Source of the DNA: a virus
Reading direction: 5' to 3' (one strand)
DNA: 64,000 nucleotides
Virus record (IMG/VR): IMGVR_UViG_3300008262_000126
Location: 1 to 64,000 of that record
How positions within the stretch are numbered: the first letter of the stretch is position 1; every line of letters starts with the position of its first letter. The notes under the pieces are model-generated. The model did not search any database. It saw only the letters and a list, made by a program, of their open reading frames with translations, and had not been told where the DNA came from. Both the position numbers and the translations under genes were made by a program. Positions 1-7,896 of the stretch are shown here, in pieces.

Positions 1-378
1 CAGTACGCTCTTCCCTGAGGCCACGAGGTCCTCGATCAGGGAGATCGTACCAGTGATGGCTCGCCCGAAGCGGCAGGTGAGACCCACAACCTTGCCAGAA
101 CGGCTGCGGATAGCGGAAATGCGGTGAAGCATGCGAGGCAAGCCTGCACGGTTGTCTTCACCGAACTTCAATTGCTTGATCGACTCGTCCAGATCCTCCT
201 CGGTGACCTCTTGATCCCCAAGGAGGAACGTTGCGGTGCGGTAACGAGCTTCGGGAACGCGGCCTAAGTCCAAGACAACCTCGAAAAGATCATTAATAGA
301 CTCTCTTCTGGTGTGGAGCTGGTACACAACCCATCGAGGAAGAATACCAAGAAATGCCGGAATATCTTGATTACTCAT
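1..378 (-). CDS. Ycf45/SpoIIIAA-like AAA ATPase, N-terminal part (runs off window edge; absent from ORF track)
   Basis: Manual translation from ATG at 378 gives MSNQDIPAFLGILP...LFEVVLDLGRVPEARY...FGEDNRAGLPRMLHRISAIRSRSGKVVGLTCRFGRAITGTISLIEDLVASGKSVL. This matches Ycf45-family motifs (LDLGRxPEAR, DNRAG, LHRISAIR, GLTCRxGR) that precede the Walker A. Confidence 0.85.
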   Translation of the reverse strand, partial: MSNQDIPAFLGILPRWVVYQLHTRRESINDLFEVVLDLGRVPEARYRTATFLLGDQEVTEEDLDESIKQLKFGEDNRAGLPRMLHRISAIRSRSGKVVGLTCRFGRAITGTISLIEDLVASGKSVL

Positions 379-562
379 CAGTCGGCTCTCCGCGTTCGGA
401 GAGTGTGAGCATATACCATGCGCTAGAAACAACAAGAACAATAAAAATGCCACTAACTGCTAAACCAAAAACATGTTCCATAGACAGACTCCTAAGCTTC
501 GTAAAAATTTTGGGCCGCCACTCAGTGGCTTCCTGTATTGTATCATATCTATTCGAATTCAT
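371..562 (-). CDS. small membrane protein
   Basis: 63-aa ORF with one hydrophobic helix; overlaps both neighbours. Confidence 0.6.
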   Translation of the reverse strand: MNSNRYDTIQEATEWRPKIFTKLRSLSMEHVFGLAVSGIFIVLVVSSAWYMLTLSERGEPTDE

Positions 563-884
563 CGTCTAATCCTGTCGTACAGAGCTTCTTGTAGAAGTTG
601 AGGCATTGGCGAGCGGCTGCCAGATCTTTCGTGTCTGTGCGGCTGATGAGGAGATTGTAGTCGTCCATGCGTGTGGCGCTCAGCTCGATTGTGTAGGAAT
701 CTTCCTTGTCTTCTTGAGGCAGAATGAAATTCTGAATCTCGCCGTCATGATGCCAAAAGACTAACTCAAGGTTTCGAGGAATAAACCCGTACATGAGCTT
801 GTATCGCTCAAGCTGTGTCGATCCGAAGAGGAGAGGTGAGTCGATAGGACTCACCTGTACCCACTCCAACGTGTAGTCACTCAT
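549..884 (-). CDS. hypothetical protein
   Basis: ORF in a tightly packed minus-strand run. Confidence 0.65.
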   Translation of the reverse strand: MSDYTLEWVQVSPIDSPLLFGSTQLERYKLMYGFIPRNLELVFWHHDGEIQNFILPQEDKEDSYTIELSATRMDDYNLLISRTDTKDLAAARQCLNFYKKLCTTGLDDEFE

Positions 885-1311
885 GGTTTACAAGCTCCTT
901 CTCAGGTGTCCAGCGGTACCAGACCACAATATTTTCACCGAACGCTGCACCTTCGTATGCAGTGTTGATTGGTTCCTTGTGTTCGCACATACCGATTCGG
1001 TGAAGAGCTTGAGCATTGTTCTCGCACTCAGGCAAAACCATTCCGTCAATGCTTGAGCGATTTTCCTCGTCCCACCAGAACACGCAATACTTGTAGTCAC
1101 GAGCAACCTCGGGGTTCGAGCAGAGCACCAGCGCCAAATGTTGCTTGTGCTTGTGACCGACGCACCACACCTTGACCACACCAAACATGCGAAAAACGGT
1201 CTCAGTGCGAACGGTTTCCTCGAGAAACGTAAAAATGCTCGAAGGTGCCTGATCGTAAAAACCCCATGCTACCCACGCACCCTTGTCTCGAACTGAAGAA
1301 TAGTATGTCAT
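877..1311 (-). CDS. hypothetical protein
   Basis: ATGA overlap with upstream gene; purine-rich RBS. Confidence 0.65.
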   Translation of the reverse strand: MTYYSSVRDKGAWVAWGFYDQAPSSIFTFLEETVRTETVFRMFGVVKVWCVGHKHKQHLALVLCSNPEVARDYKYCVFWWDEENRSSIDGMVLPECENNAQALHRIGMCEHKEPINTAYEGAAFGENIVVWYRWTPEKELVNHE

Positions 1312-1715
1312 TCCTGTTCCTCTTCTACTTCTTCCAAATCTTCTGCAACATCAGCGCCCGTTTCCGCAAACACCTGATGATACTGCGGATATGTTTCTAC
1401 CGACTCTGCTCCGTCGTACTCGTGAATACGGAAAGGAGCGTTCAGCGGTATCCAAGCGACTTCTAACGGCTGGAGAAAAAAAGTACTGGGTTCTGGAAAG
1501 TACTGACGAATGGCGTCATAAAACTCTGCGGAGCGTTCCAAACCCTTCTGGCTGCGCTTACGAGTCTTATCGTCCTTAAGGATTTGCTCGACAACTTCAT
1601 AACTATAAAGCATCTGCAAAGCCAGGTCGCCACTTTTCCAGGTGGACCATCCAGCACCAAAGCCGGGGCTGTATACTACAGCCACTTTGCCCTTCTTGAT
1701 GTACTTGCGGATCAT
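1308..1715 (-). CDS. conserved phage hypothetical protein (VAVxYSPGFGAGWSTW ... EYDGxE type)
   Basis: Motifs KVAVVYSPGFGAGWSTW and FRIHEYDGAESV; AAGGAGG RBS before ATG at 1715. Confidence 0.75.
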   Translation of the reverse strand: MIRKYIKKGKVAVVYSPGFGAGWSTWKSGDLALQMLYSYEVVEQILKDDKTRKRSQKGLERSAEFYDAIRQYFPEPSTFFLQPLEVAWIPLNAPFRIHEYDGAESVETYPQYHQVFAETGADVAEDLEEVEEEQE

Positions 1716-1735
1716 GCAGACCTCCTTCAGTAAAT

Positions 1736-1975
1736 CTAGACGTTCCACTCAATATCGCGCATTGCCGAGGCTAATGTAGTCGTGAAGTACATGTACTCGT
1801 TCTGTACCTCGTCCAGCGTAGCAAACGTACCGATGCTCATCAATATCTGAACTGATGACGCATCGACCATACAAAGCTCAAGCCGATTCGGCTCGTGCTC
1901 AAACAACGCAAACCCAAAAGAACAACTCTTAAAAGGAAATTCCAAACGTACCGTCCCTGCTGCTTGCTCAGTCAT
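1736..1975 (-). CDS. hypothetical protein
   Basis: ORF with GGAGG RBS. Confidence 0.65.
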   Translation of the reverse strand: MTEQAAGTVRLEFPFKSCSFGFALFEHEPNRLELCMVDASSVQILMSIGTFATLDEVQNEYMYFTTTLASAMRDIEWNV

Positions 1976-1998
1976 GCGCTACCTCCTGCTTACTAAAA

Positions 1999-2382
1999 TT
2001 ATTTGGTTGACGTCCAAAACTCACCACGCTTGGTTTTTTCCTGCTCAACCAGCGCTGCCCACTGCTCTCCGGACATCCAATCCATGTGGCTAAATTCAAG
2101 CCGCATGTCGAGTTCCGGAATAAGCAAACCAGTGGCCACATACAGATGCTCGCTGTACACTCCTTGACGAACTAGCTCAGCTTCCTCGTTGTTGCAGGTA
2201 CTAAAAACGCCCCAAAAAGGGTAGCAGTCCTTTTCAACCGAGCCGATGTACAGGATCACACACTGCATGTCGGACACAGTGCCTCCGTCTGGTAGATAAA
2301 CCTCTACCTGCTCAGGAACACTGCCTACACACCCGTACGCATGTGGAATCTGCATAAACTCGCTATCCATTACATTCTCCAT
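1999..2382 (-). CDS. hypothetical protein
   Basis: Start moved to ATG 2382, which lies downstream of the promoter at 2401-2429 and has an AGGA RBS. Confidence 0.6.
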   Translation of the reverse strand: MENVMDSEFMQIPHAYGCVGSVPEQVEVYLPDGGTVSDMQCVILYIGSVEKDCYPFWGVFSTCNNEEAELVRQGVYSEHLYVATGLLIPELDMRLEFSHMDWMSGEQWAALVEQEKTKRGEFWTSTK

Positions 2383-2400
2383 TACTAATCCTACATCGGT

Positions 2401-2441
2401 AAAATAACGCATTTCTGAAGTCTTGTCAACTGTGTTAAAAT
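2401..2441. promoter_or_regulatory. overlapping divergent sigma70-type promoters
   Basis: Minus strand TTGACA-N17-TATTTT (2429-2401); plus strand TGn-TAAAAT extended -10 (2436-2441). Confidence 0.6.
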
Positions 2442-2475
2442 ACATTAAACCGGATTGTCCGGAAAGGAGGTCTGT

Positions 2476-2832
2476 ATGCCAGAATATCTCGAAGGTACTC
2501 AAATTGTCGTGCTGGAGCGAGTGCTGTTTATGGATGCCCCCTGGATGTCTGAGTCCATGAAACGTTCGGCGCTGGCCGGGTGGACTGGATTTCTAGAAAT
2601 ACAGAATGGGTATGGATGGTCGGAACCGCTAGTGATCGATTTAATCCCGATTACAAATGATCATGTGGTGTTTCACGATCCTCTGAGCGTGTTGAAGGTG
2701 TTTTTGTACCAGGCATCTAACCCACTTGAGATGCTTACCTACTGGGGCAACCGAGAAGCAATTCAAAGAAAATTGAAAGATTGGGGAGCACAAGACGCAT
2801 TCCTGACTACGCAAGAACATCCAACATACTAA
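2476..2832 (+). CDS. hypothetical protein (lone plus-strand gene in the left arm)
   Basis: AAGGAGG RBS before ATG 2476; own promoter upstream and terminator downstream. Confidence 0.7.
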   Translation: MPEYLEGTQIVVLERVLFMDAPWMSESMKRSALAGWTGFLEIQNGYGWSEPLVIDLIPITNDHVVFHDPLSVLKVFLYQASNPLEMLTYWGNREAIQRKLKDWGAQDAFLTTQEHPTY

Positions 2833-2837
2833 AAAAG

Positions 2838-2864
2838 AGGGTACAGTCGAAATGACTGTACCCT
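2838..2864. terminator. probable bidirectional intrinsic terminator
   Basis: AGGGTACAGTC-gaaat-GACTGTACCCT, flanked by an A-run and T-rich sequence, between convergent genes. Confidence 0.75.
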
Positions 2865-2869
2865 TATTC

Positions 2870-3130
2870 TTATTTCTGTGATTGCCACTCGTTCATCTTG
2901 GTCTCGAAGACAAAGCTCCAGTTCGCCATGTGATCGTGAGCTGCTTTCAAAGCCGCTTCAATAGCTTCGTATGGAGTCGGTAGCGTCTTTGTGCACTCGA
3001 TAATATACTCGTTGTCGCTTAGGTCGATATCTCCGTGAGTAATAAACCAGCGATAGCCGCCGTTAATGTCCGGAAGCACAAGAATACCAAATGGTGTCCC
3101 TGTAATGTCTTCAAAGTAGACGTTGCTCAT
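2870..3130 (-). CDS. hypothetical protein
   Basis: ORF with AAGGGGAG RBS. Confidence 0.65.
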   Translation of the reverse strand: MSNVYFEDITGTPFGILVLPDINGGYRWFITHGDIDLSDNEYIIECTKTLPTPYEAIEAALKAAHDHMANWSFVFETKMNEWQSQK

Positions 3131-3152
3131 ATACTCCCCTTCTTACTGCTGA

Positions 3153-3416
3153 TTACCAAACTCGGTCAATCTGCTGTACGTAGACTTCCAAATCGTTACC
3201 TAACGATATTGTACTCCAAAAATCAGAATCGTATGAGTCCGCGTAGATCTGCCAGATGAGGGTATTTCCAGCTACGGTTGTAAAACCGACGCTTCCCATA
3301 GCGCGCTCAATCTTCAGAAGTAGTCGATTTAAATCTGTTAAAGGCTGATTCTGGAGGTTCGCCTTGACCGTGATTAACGTCTTGATCACCGAAGGGGATT
3401 GTGTATTCTTCTTCAT
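3153..3416 (-). CDS. hypothetical protein (start uncertain)
   Basis: Fills the gap in the minus-strand operon; overlaps the GT2 3' end. Confidence 0.4.
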   Translation of the reverse strand: MKKNTQSPSVIKTLITVKANLQNQPLTDLNRLLLKIERAMGSVGFTTVAGNTLIWQIYADSYDSDFWSTISLGNDLEVYVQQIDRVW

Positions 3417-4077
3417 GCGGCATTCCTCCCCATTTTGATTGATAGTACATTGTATTCTTTCGGAAGTTGTGATGGTGCATCATTTTGCGCTGAAAATCAA
3501 ACGCCGTGAGAGTAGCACTCATACGGTGGTAGTAAGATGGCTCTTCTACATAAGCAGTCGGCAGACCTAATAACTTCATGCGATAGTGGTAATCGTTGTC
3601 CTCAAAGTATGCAGGCCAAAACGCTTCGTCAAACCTGCCGACTTTGTTGAAAAGACTTGTGTGTATACCAAAGAACGAAAAAGCGTTTTGACCTTCAAAA
3701 CAAACAAATTCGTTATCTTGCATCTTCGTGACAAACCGCGAAAGCACGTCGGCGTAAAGATAAATGTCGTCGTTGGCTACAATTACGGCGTCGTATCCGT
3801 CTCTTTCCGCCTCTTCTATAAAGTAATTCCATGAGTTAGCCACACCGAAATTGTCAAGCGACGTCGACACTTTCCAGTCTTTGAATCGATCCAACTGCTC
3901 CGCAAACTGAGGAATGTCAATCGGGTCTGCAAACTTTCCCTTTTTGTATGTTTGCTCCGCAACCTCACTGATGTAAACATGCACACCGTCGACCAGTGCA
4001 GGATCCAAGCTGGGTAGATGCTCATCAATTACCCAGGTGAGTTGGTTAAGAGTCACAATACAGTACCGTATGCGCAT
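3307..4077 (-). CDS. glycosyltransferase family 2 (GT-A fold)
   Basis: NFGVANSWN, IVANDD (DxD-like), VGRFDEAFWPAYFEDNDYHYR. Confidence 0.85.
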   Translation of the reverse strand: MRIRYCIVTLNQLTWVIDEHLPSLDPALVDGVHVYISEVAEQTYKKGKFADPIDIPQFAEQLDRFKDWKVSTSLDNFGVANSWNYFIEEAERDGYDAVIVANDDIYLYADVLSRFVTKMQDNEFVCFEGQNAFSFFGIHTSLFNKVGRFDEAFWPAYFEDNDYHYRMKLLGLPTAYVEEPSYYHRMSATLTAFDFQRKMMHHHNFRKNTMYYQSKWGGMPHEEEYTIPFGDQDVNHGQGEPPESAFNRFKSTTSED

Positions 4078-4090
4078 ACGCACCTCCTTG

Positions 4091-4333
4091 TTAGTAGTTA
4101 TTGTAATATTCGTCGTTACAGTGTTGAGTAATTATGCTTATTATCTCAGCATTGGTCGAAAAAACCGTAGTTACTCGCTTTTTATCCGTGTGTATGTCAG
4201 TTACTTCGGCATAATATTGCCCGTCGTCAGTAACAAACACCTCAACCCATAACTTTCCCTGACCGTACGTGTAAATGTTAGTTCCCGAGCCTGACTCGGC
4301 AGGCCCTACAAACAGATCGGAGATCATCTCCAC
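4091..4333 (-). CDS. hypothetical protein
   Basis: ORF in operon. Confidence 0.55.
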   Translation of the reverse strand: MEMISDLFVGPAESGSGTNIYTYGQGKLWVEVFVTDDGQYYAEVTDIHTDKKRVTTVFSTNAEIISIITQHCNDEYYNNY

Positions 4334-4713
4334 ACCGCCACCCCTTCATCATTGATTACCAGCCATTGCGACCAGCACGATCGACTGGATTTCCAATGCG
4401 TCCAGCCTTTACCGCCTTCCCACAGTCGCTCGAACGTATCGTACTGAACAGCGGGCGAATCGATAGCTGCGTTAGAGCGACCGGTAAGCCATAAGTAAGT
4501 GTTTTCATTAAACTGAAACGCGCCGTAATCAAACGTACCGTCTTTGTTCTGTTTGTTGCTTCGTGTTTCCCACCCCAAAGTACCGTAGTTCACGGTGTCC
4601 CCGCTTTCGCAGGTAGCCACGGCTAATGCCTCTCGACTTACGTTCAACTCTTCGACATGACACATGCCGCCGTGACAAACCAAATACAACAAAACTGTGA
4701 TCAATGTGCTCAT
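4324..4713 (-). CDS. secreted Rpf/lysozyme-like transglycosylase
   Basis: N-terminal hydrophobic signal; AVATCESG (catalytic Glu), YGAFQF, Q..A/F..L..G...W...C pattern. Confidence 0.75.
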   Translation of the reverse strand: MSTLITVLLYLVCHGGMCHVEELNVSREALAVATCESGDTVNYGTLGWETRSNKQNKDGTFDYGAFQFNENTYLWLTGRSNAAIDSPAVQYDTFERLWEGGKGWTHWKSSRSCWSQWLVINDEGVAVWR

Positions 4714-4892
4714 TTTTTCTTCCTTTTGCTTTCCTTTTTGATTTGTGCTTTCCATGCTTTAGCTTCTTCCGCAGTCAGCTGCTTAGCTCGAGAGCCGTCA
4801 GCGTTGTACACTTCTGAATGCAGGGTATACGTCTTAACCAGTGTTTCGGTACCATCTCTTGTTATGGCGATCCAGCACTTTAGATTTTCCAC
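4710..4892 (-). CDS. small basic hypothetical protein
   Basis: GTG start with AAGGAG RBS; first gene after the promoter at 4922-4950. Confidence 0.6.
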   Translation of the reverse strand: MENLKCWIAITRDGTETLVKTYTLHSEVYNADGSRAKQLTAEEAKAWKAQIKKESKRKKK

Positions 4893-4921
4893 GTACTCTC
4901 CTTTATAGTTCACTGTTCAAC

Positions 4922-4950
4922 ACTATAGCACAACCGGGTTGAATGTTCAA
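4922..4950 (-). promoter_or_regulatory. sigma70-type promoter
   Basis: TTGAAC-N17-TATAGT with TGn extension; GTTGAACA repeated on both sides. Confidence 0.6.
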
Positions 4951-4959
4951 CTACAAGCT

Positions 4960-5001
4960 AAAAATCGAGACCTGCAGCAACTTTAATTGTCTGCAGGTCT
5001 C
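4960..5001 (-). terminator. intrinsic terminator of the packaging/lysis unit
   Basis: GAGACCTGCAG/CTGCAGGTCTC stem followed by a T-run on the minus strand. Confidence 0.7.
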
Positions 5002-5024
5002 AAGTAGGTACTAATTACGCAAAC

Positions 5025-5477
5025 TTACTCAACCGAATCTTCTTCAAACTCCGGATCGTTAAATTGCCGAATATCGATACTCAACGAACTCGGAGATTCA
5101 GGATCAAGCAAATCTTTCGTCGTTTCTGGCGTCAGCGTCTGAAGATAGGCAGATACCTGCTCCTTAACCAACGCGAGAAGTGCCGACTGTGGATTAAGGG
5201 AGTCTTCAACGCGAAACATTTTAAATATGCTCTGGTAGACAACCTGAGAAGTAGTGAAAATCACTGAAAGAGCCGCAAGCAGCTCAGAAAAATCAAAACT
5301 GCCCGAACTCAGTAGTTTAGCCATCGGGACAATTGAAGACGCCAAGATTGAAAGACCAAAAGCAAGTACAAACTTGTACTGACTGCTCCAAGACACCTTC
5401 TTAATGTTAGAAACAAACACCGGGATAATTACGCCAATTACCAACTGATACAACGTTTCCGCAGTCAACATTCCCAT
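5025..5477 (-). CDS. holin-like membrane protein
   Basis: Three predicted TM helices; lies two genes downstream of the endolysin. Confidence 0.65.
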   Translation of the reverse strand: MGMLTAETLYQLVIGVIIPVFVSNIKKVSWSSQYKFVLAFGLSILASSIVPMAKLLSSGSFDFSELLAALSVIFTTSQVVYQSIFKMFRVEDSLNPQSALLALVKEQVSAYLQTLTPETTKDLLDPESPSSLSIDIRQFNDPEFEEDSVE

Positions 5478-5502
5478 AACACTCTCCTTACTAACACGTT
5501 AG

Positions 5503-5835
5503 TTAATTAATGTTCTTACTTGACTCCAAAAGAGCTTTTACCTTCTCTTCGAGATCTTGAATACGATCCAACATACGCAGTTTTTCGTGCTCCATCTGCT
5601 GAATTTTTTGCTCCAAATCCATCTGCTTTTGCCTCTCTGCTAAGTTGTCGCTAAGTAACTCTTCGTTTTTCTTACGCAACGACTCGTTGTCTACTTCCAA
5701 GGATTCAATTCGAGAAAGAAGACTTTCCTGGAATTTTGTGTTTGTGTCTTGGCTACTTCTTCGAAACCCAATCCAGGTAATCAACAGAGTAACCAGTGCG
5801 CTTATAGCTGCCGGGATTGTGTTTTCTTCGGTCAT
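5503..5835 (-). CDS. TM plus coiled-coil lysis-associated protein
   Basis: N-terminal TM and long coiled coil; sits between amidase and holin. Confidence 0.55.
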   Translation of the reverse strand: MTEENTIPAAISALVTLLITWIGFRRSSQDTNTKFQESLLSRIESLEVDNESLRKKNEELLSDNLAERQKQMDLEQKIQQMEHEKLRMLDRIQDLEEKVKALLESSKNIN

Positions 5836-6545
5836 ACATCCTCCTGAATATCAAGAAGCGATGCGTGAATATAACCCAACCAGTTACAATTGTACCACAG
5901 GTTATTGTTGTTATAAACCGCGCCTTCGGTGCCATTTGCCTCAATAACCACTGTACTACCCTTAGGGTAGACAGCAATGATGTTATTTCCAAATTCCGGA
6001 AGGCTGCGTACGTTGCAGTTTACTTGAAGCTTTGCTATTTTGTATGGTTGTTCTAGAGACTTTGACCATTTTGAAAATTGAGCGTCTGTAAAACCAGAAG
6101 GGTCTATTTTACGACCGGCTGGTCGTGCAATAAAGCGATGCGTTACAAGCTCCAATCCTTTGTGGATCCGAGCCAGCCGAGTCAAACCGGCATACATGTA
6201 ACCGCTCCAGTTAACTTCCTTAGGCGTAAAGTGAACCTCAACTCCAATTGAATTGAGGTTTGCATACGCATCTCTGCTTACTTCGCCGGCGTGCCAGGCT
6301 ACGTAGTGCACAGGATCTAAAACTTGATAAATTGTTCCGTCTTTTCCGATCAGGTAATGAGCGGAAACATTAGGAGAGTTTACTAAGAACGCTAGCTCAG
6401 CCTCACTTCTTGAGTTAGCTGCGCCATTAGTAGTGTGAACAACAAAGGACTTATACGGGCTGTTGCCCGTTCTCAGGCTGTAACCCTGTCCCGGTTTCAG
6501 CACTAGGTTCTTCTGGTGCTGCGGGTTGTTCTTGATTTGCGTCAT
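5832..6545 (-). CDS. endolysin, N-acetylmuramoyl-L-alanine amidase (Amidase_2) with C-terminal SH3-like domain
   Basis: VVHTT, SAHYLI, AWHAG, SIGVE, THR..RKIDP zinc-amidase motifs; C-terminal NVRSLP...W..GYIH. Confidence 0.88.
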   Translation of the reverse strand: MTQIKNNPQHQKNLVLKPGQGYSLRTGNSPYKSFVVHTTNGAANSRSEAELAFLVNSPNVSAHYLIGKDGTIYQVLDPVHYVAWHAGEVSRDAYANLNSIGVEVHFTPKEVNWSGYMYAGLTRLARIHKGLELVTHRFIARPAGRKIDPSGFTDAQFSKWSKSLEQPYKIAKLQVNCNVRSLPEFGNNIIAVYPKGSTVVIEANGTEGAVYNNNNLWYNCNWLGYIHASLLDIQEDV

Positions 6546-7896
6546 CAGCTTCTACCTCAAAACTTATTTTTTGTTGCTCTTCCTCATAAGTCGACCCGTA
6601 TAACTGGGCGATAGTATCCTTGCTGATAGCACCAATTTGCTGAGCTTGTATAGCAAACTGGGTCAGTGCGGTCATGTCCTGGAATTGAATTGGACTAAAG
6701 TAAGGTTTAGGCCAGGAAGTCAAGTTGTTTCGTTCTGCGAGATTTTCGTAAAACCACTCAACCCAGGATAGAAGTCGATCGCGAACTTCGGTAAGCGTTG
6801 CCATCGGTCCGAGTGAGGCTATGCGGCTATCAGAGGAGTTGCTTCGAAGAGACTCACCAACAGTGAGAATTCGAGGAAATCCGAGAGCCAGGAAAATGTC
6901 TGCGTTCGGCTCTGCATACTTTGATTCGTTTAGCAGTGCGTCGAGTGGCGGAAGAACCCATTTAATATCCACAGTGTGGTTAGTAAAGAGATTAAAAACA
7001 CGATCACCTGATGCTGCTGCCTGGGCTATTGCCGTTTGCGTTGCTTCGATGTCATCGTCTGTTGCAGGAAATTCGTCACTACCTATTTTCACTTGTCGCA
7101 AAAGCTCGATAGAGCGAGAAACAATAGTACGATCCATTATTTTTAAATATTCTTTATGCTGCATCGCCGATAAAGCGTTCTGCAGGTAAGGTAACGGGTA
7201 ATCACCGTAAGAGACAATATCTCCATAAATTGCGCGCGTATCGGTTAACGGAAACGTTCTTTGCCCTGCCTGAACGGCGCGCACATACTCGGGAGACTGC
7301 TTTAGCAGCTCTTTGTATGCCTCGACGTCGTCAGTACCGTCCATCCGTTTGCCTTTACCCATAATAAAGGAGATTTCGTCGTCGGGAATTTCCAGATACA
7401 CAGCGCGCTGAGTACCAGTCGGTCGTTTTCGCAATCGAATGTTGCTTGCGTTACGAACCCACATGTCTTCCGGAATTTCGACACGTTTTCGAGTTAGGCT
7501 AGGGTTTAGCTTATTCATCATAACGGTCTTGTAGGTAATTCCTGGGACAACCAGACCGTGAATAAAGTACTCGGTCGCCATCAGCTTAAGAAATGGTTGA
7601 ATCTTCTCGGCAACTGCGTCAAAAAACAAAGCGTTATTGTCGTCTTCTGTTTTCTTGTTCCGCAGCTTAGTAATACCGAGATTTACCAACCGGTTGATTA
7701 CAGTTCGCGCAATTGTGTCACGCTCGTAAAAATGCCGGCAGTAATGAATAAGTTCATGGTATGTATACTTCTTAGTGTTATCGAACGGCTTGTTCAACGG
7801 GTCGTAGTACCCTACGACGTTAAGGTTATACGTAAATATTGGGTTTGGCGAAAACCCTGCTACTGCCTTGTTTGAAAGTGTTTTAGTCATAATCAC
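6451..7896 (-). CDS. portal protein
   Basis: 481 aa, directly downstream of TerL, helical portal-like sequence with acidic tail. Confidence 0.75.
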   Translation of the reverse strand: MIMTKTLSNKAVAGFSPNPIFTYNLNVVGYYDPLNKPFDNTKKYTYHELIHYCRHFYERDTIARTVINRLVNLGITKLRNKKTEDDNNALFFDAVAEKIQPFLKLMATEYFIHGLVVPGITYKTVMMNKLNPSLTRKRVEIPEDMWVRNASNIRLRKRPTGTQRAVYLEIPDDEISFIMGKGKRMDGTDDVEAYKELLKQSPEYVRAVQAGQRTFPLTDTRAIYGDIVSYGDYPLPYLQNALSAMQHKEYLKIMDRTIVSRSIELLRQVKIGSDEFPATDDDIEATQTAIAQAAASGDRVFNLFTNHTVDIKWVLPPLDALLNESKYAEPNADIFLALGFPRILTVGESLRSNSSDSRIASLGPMATLTEVRDRLLSWVEWFYENLAERNNLTSWPKPYFSPIQFQDMTALTQFAIQAQQIGAISKDTIAQLYGSTYEEEQQKISFEVEADDANQEQPAAPEEPSAETGTGLQPENGQQPV

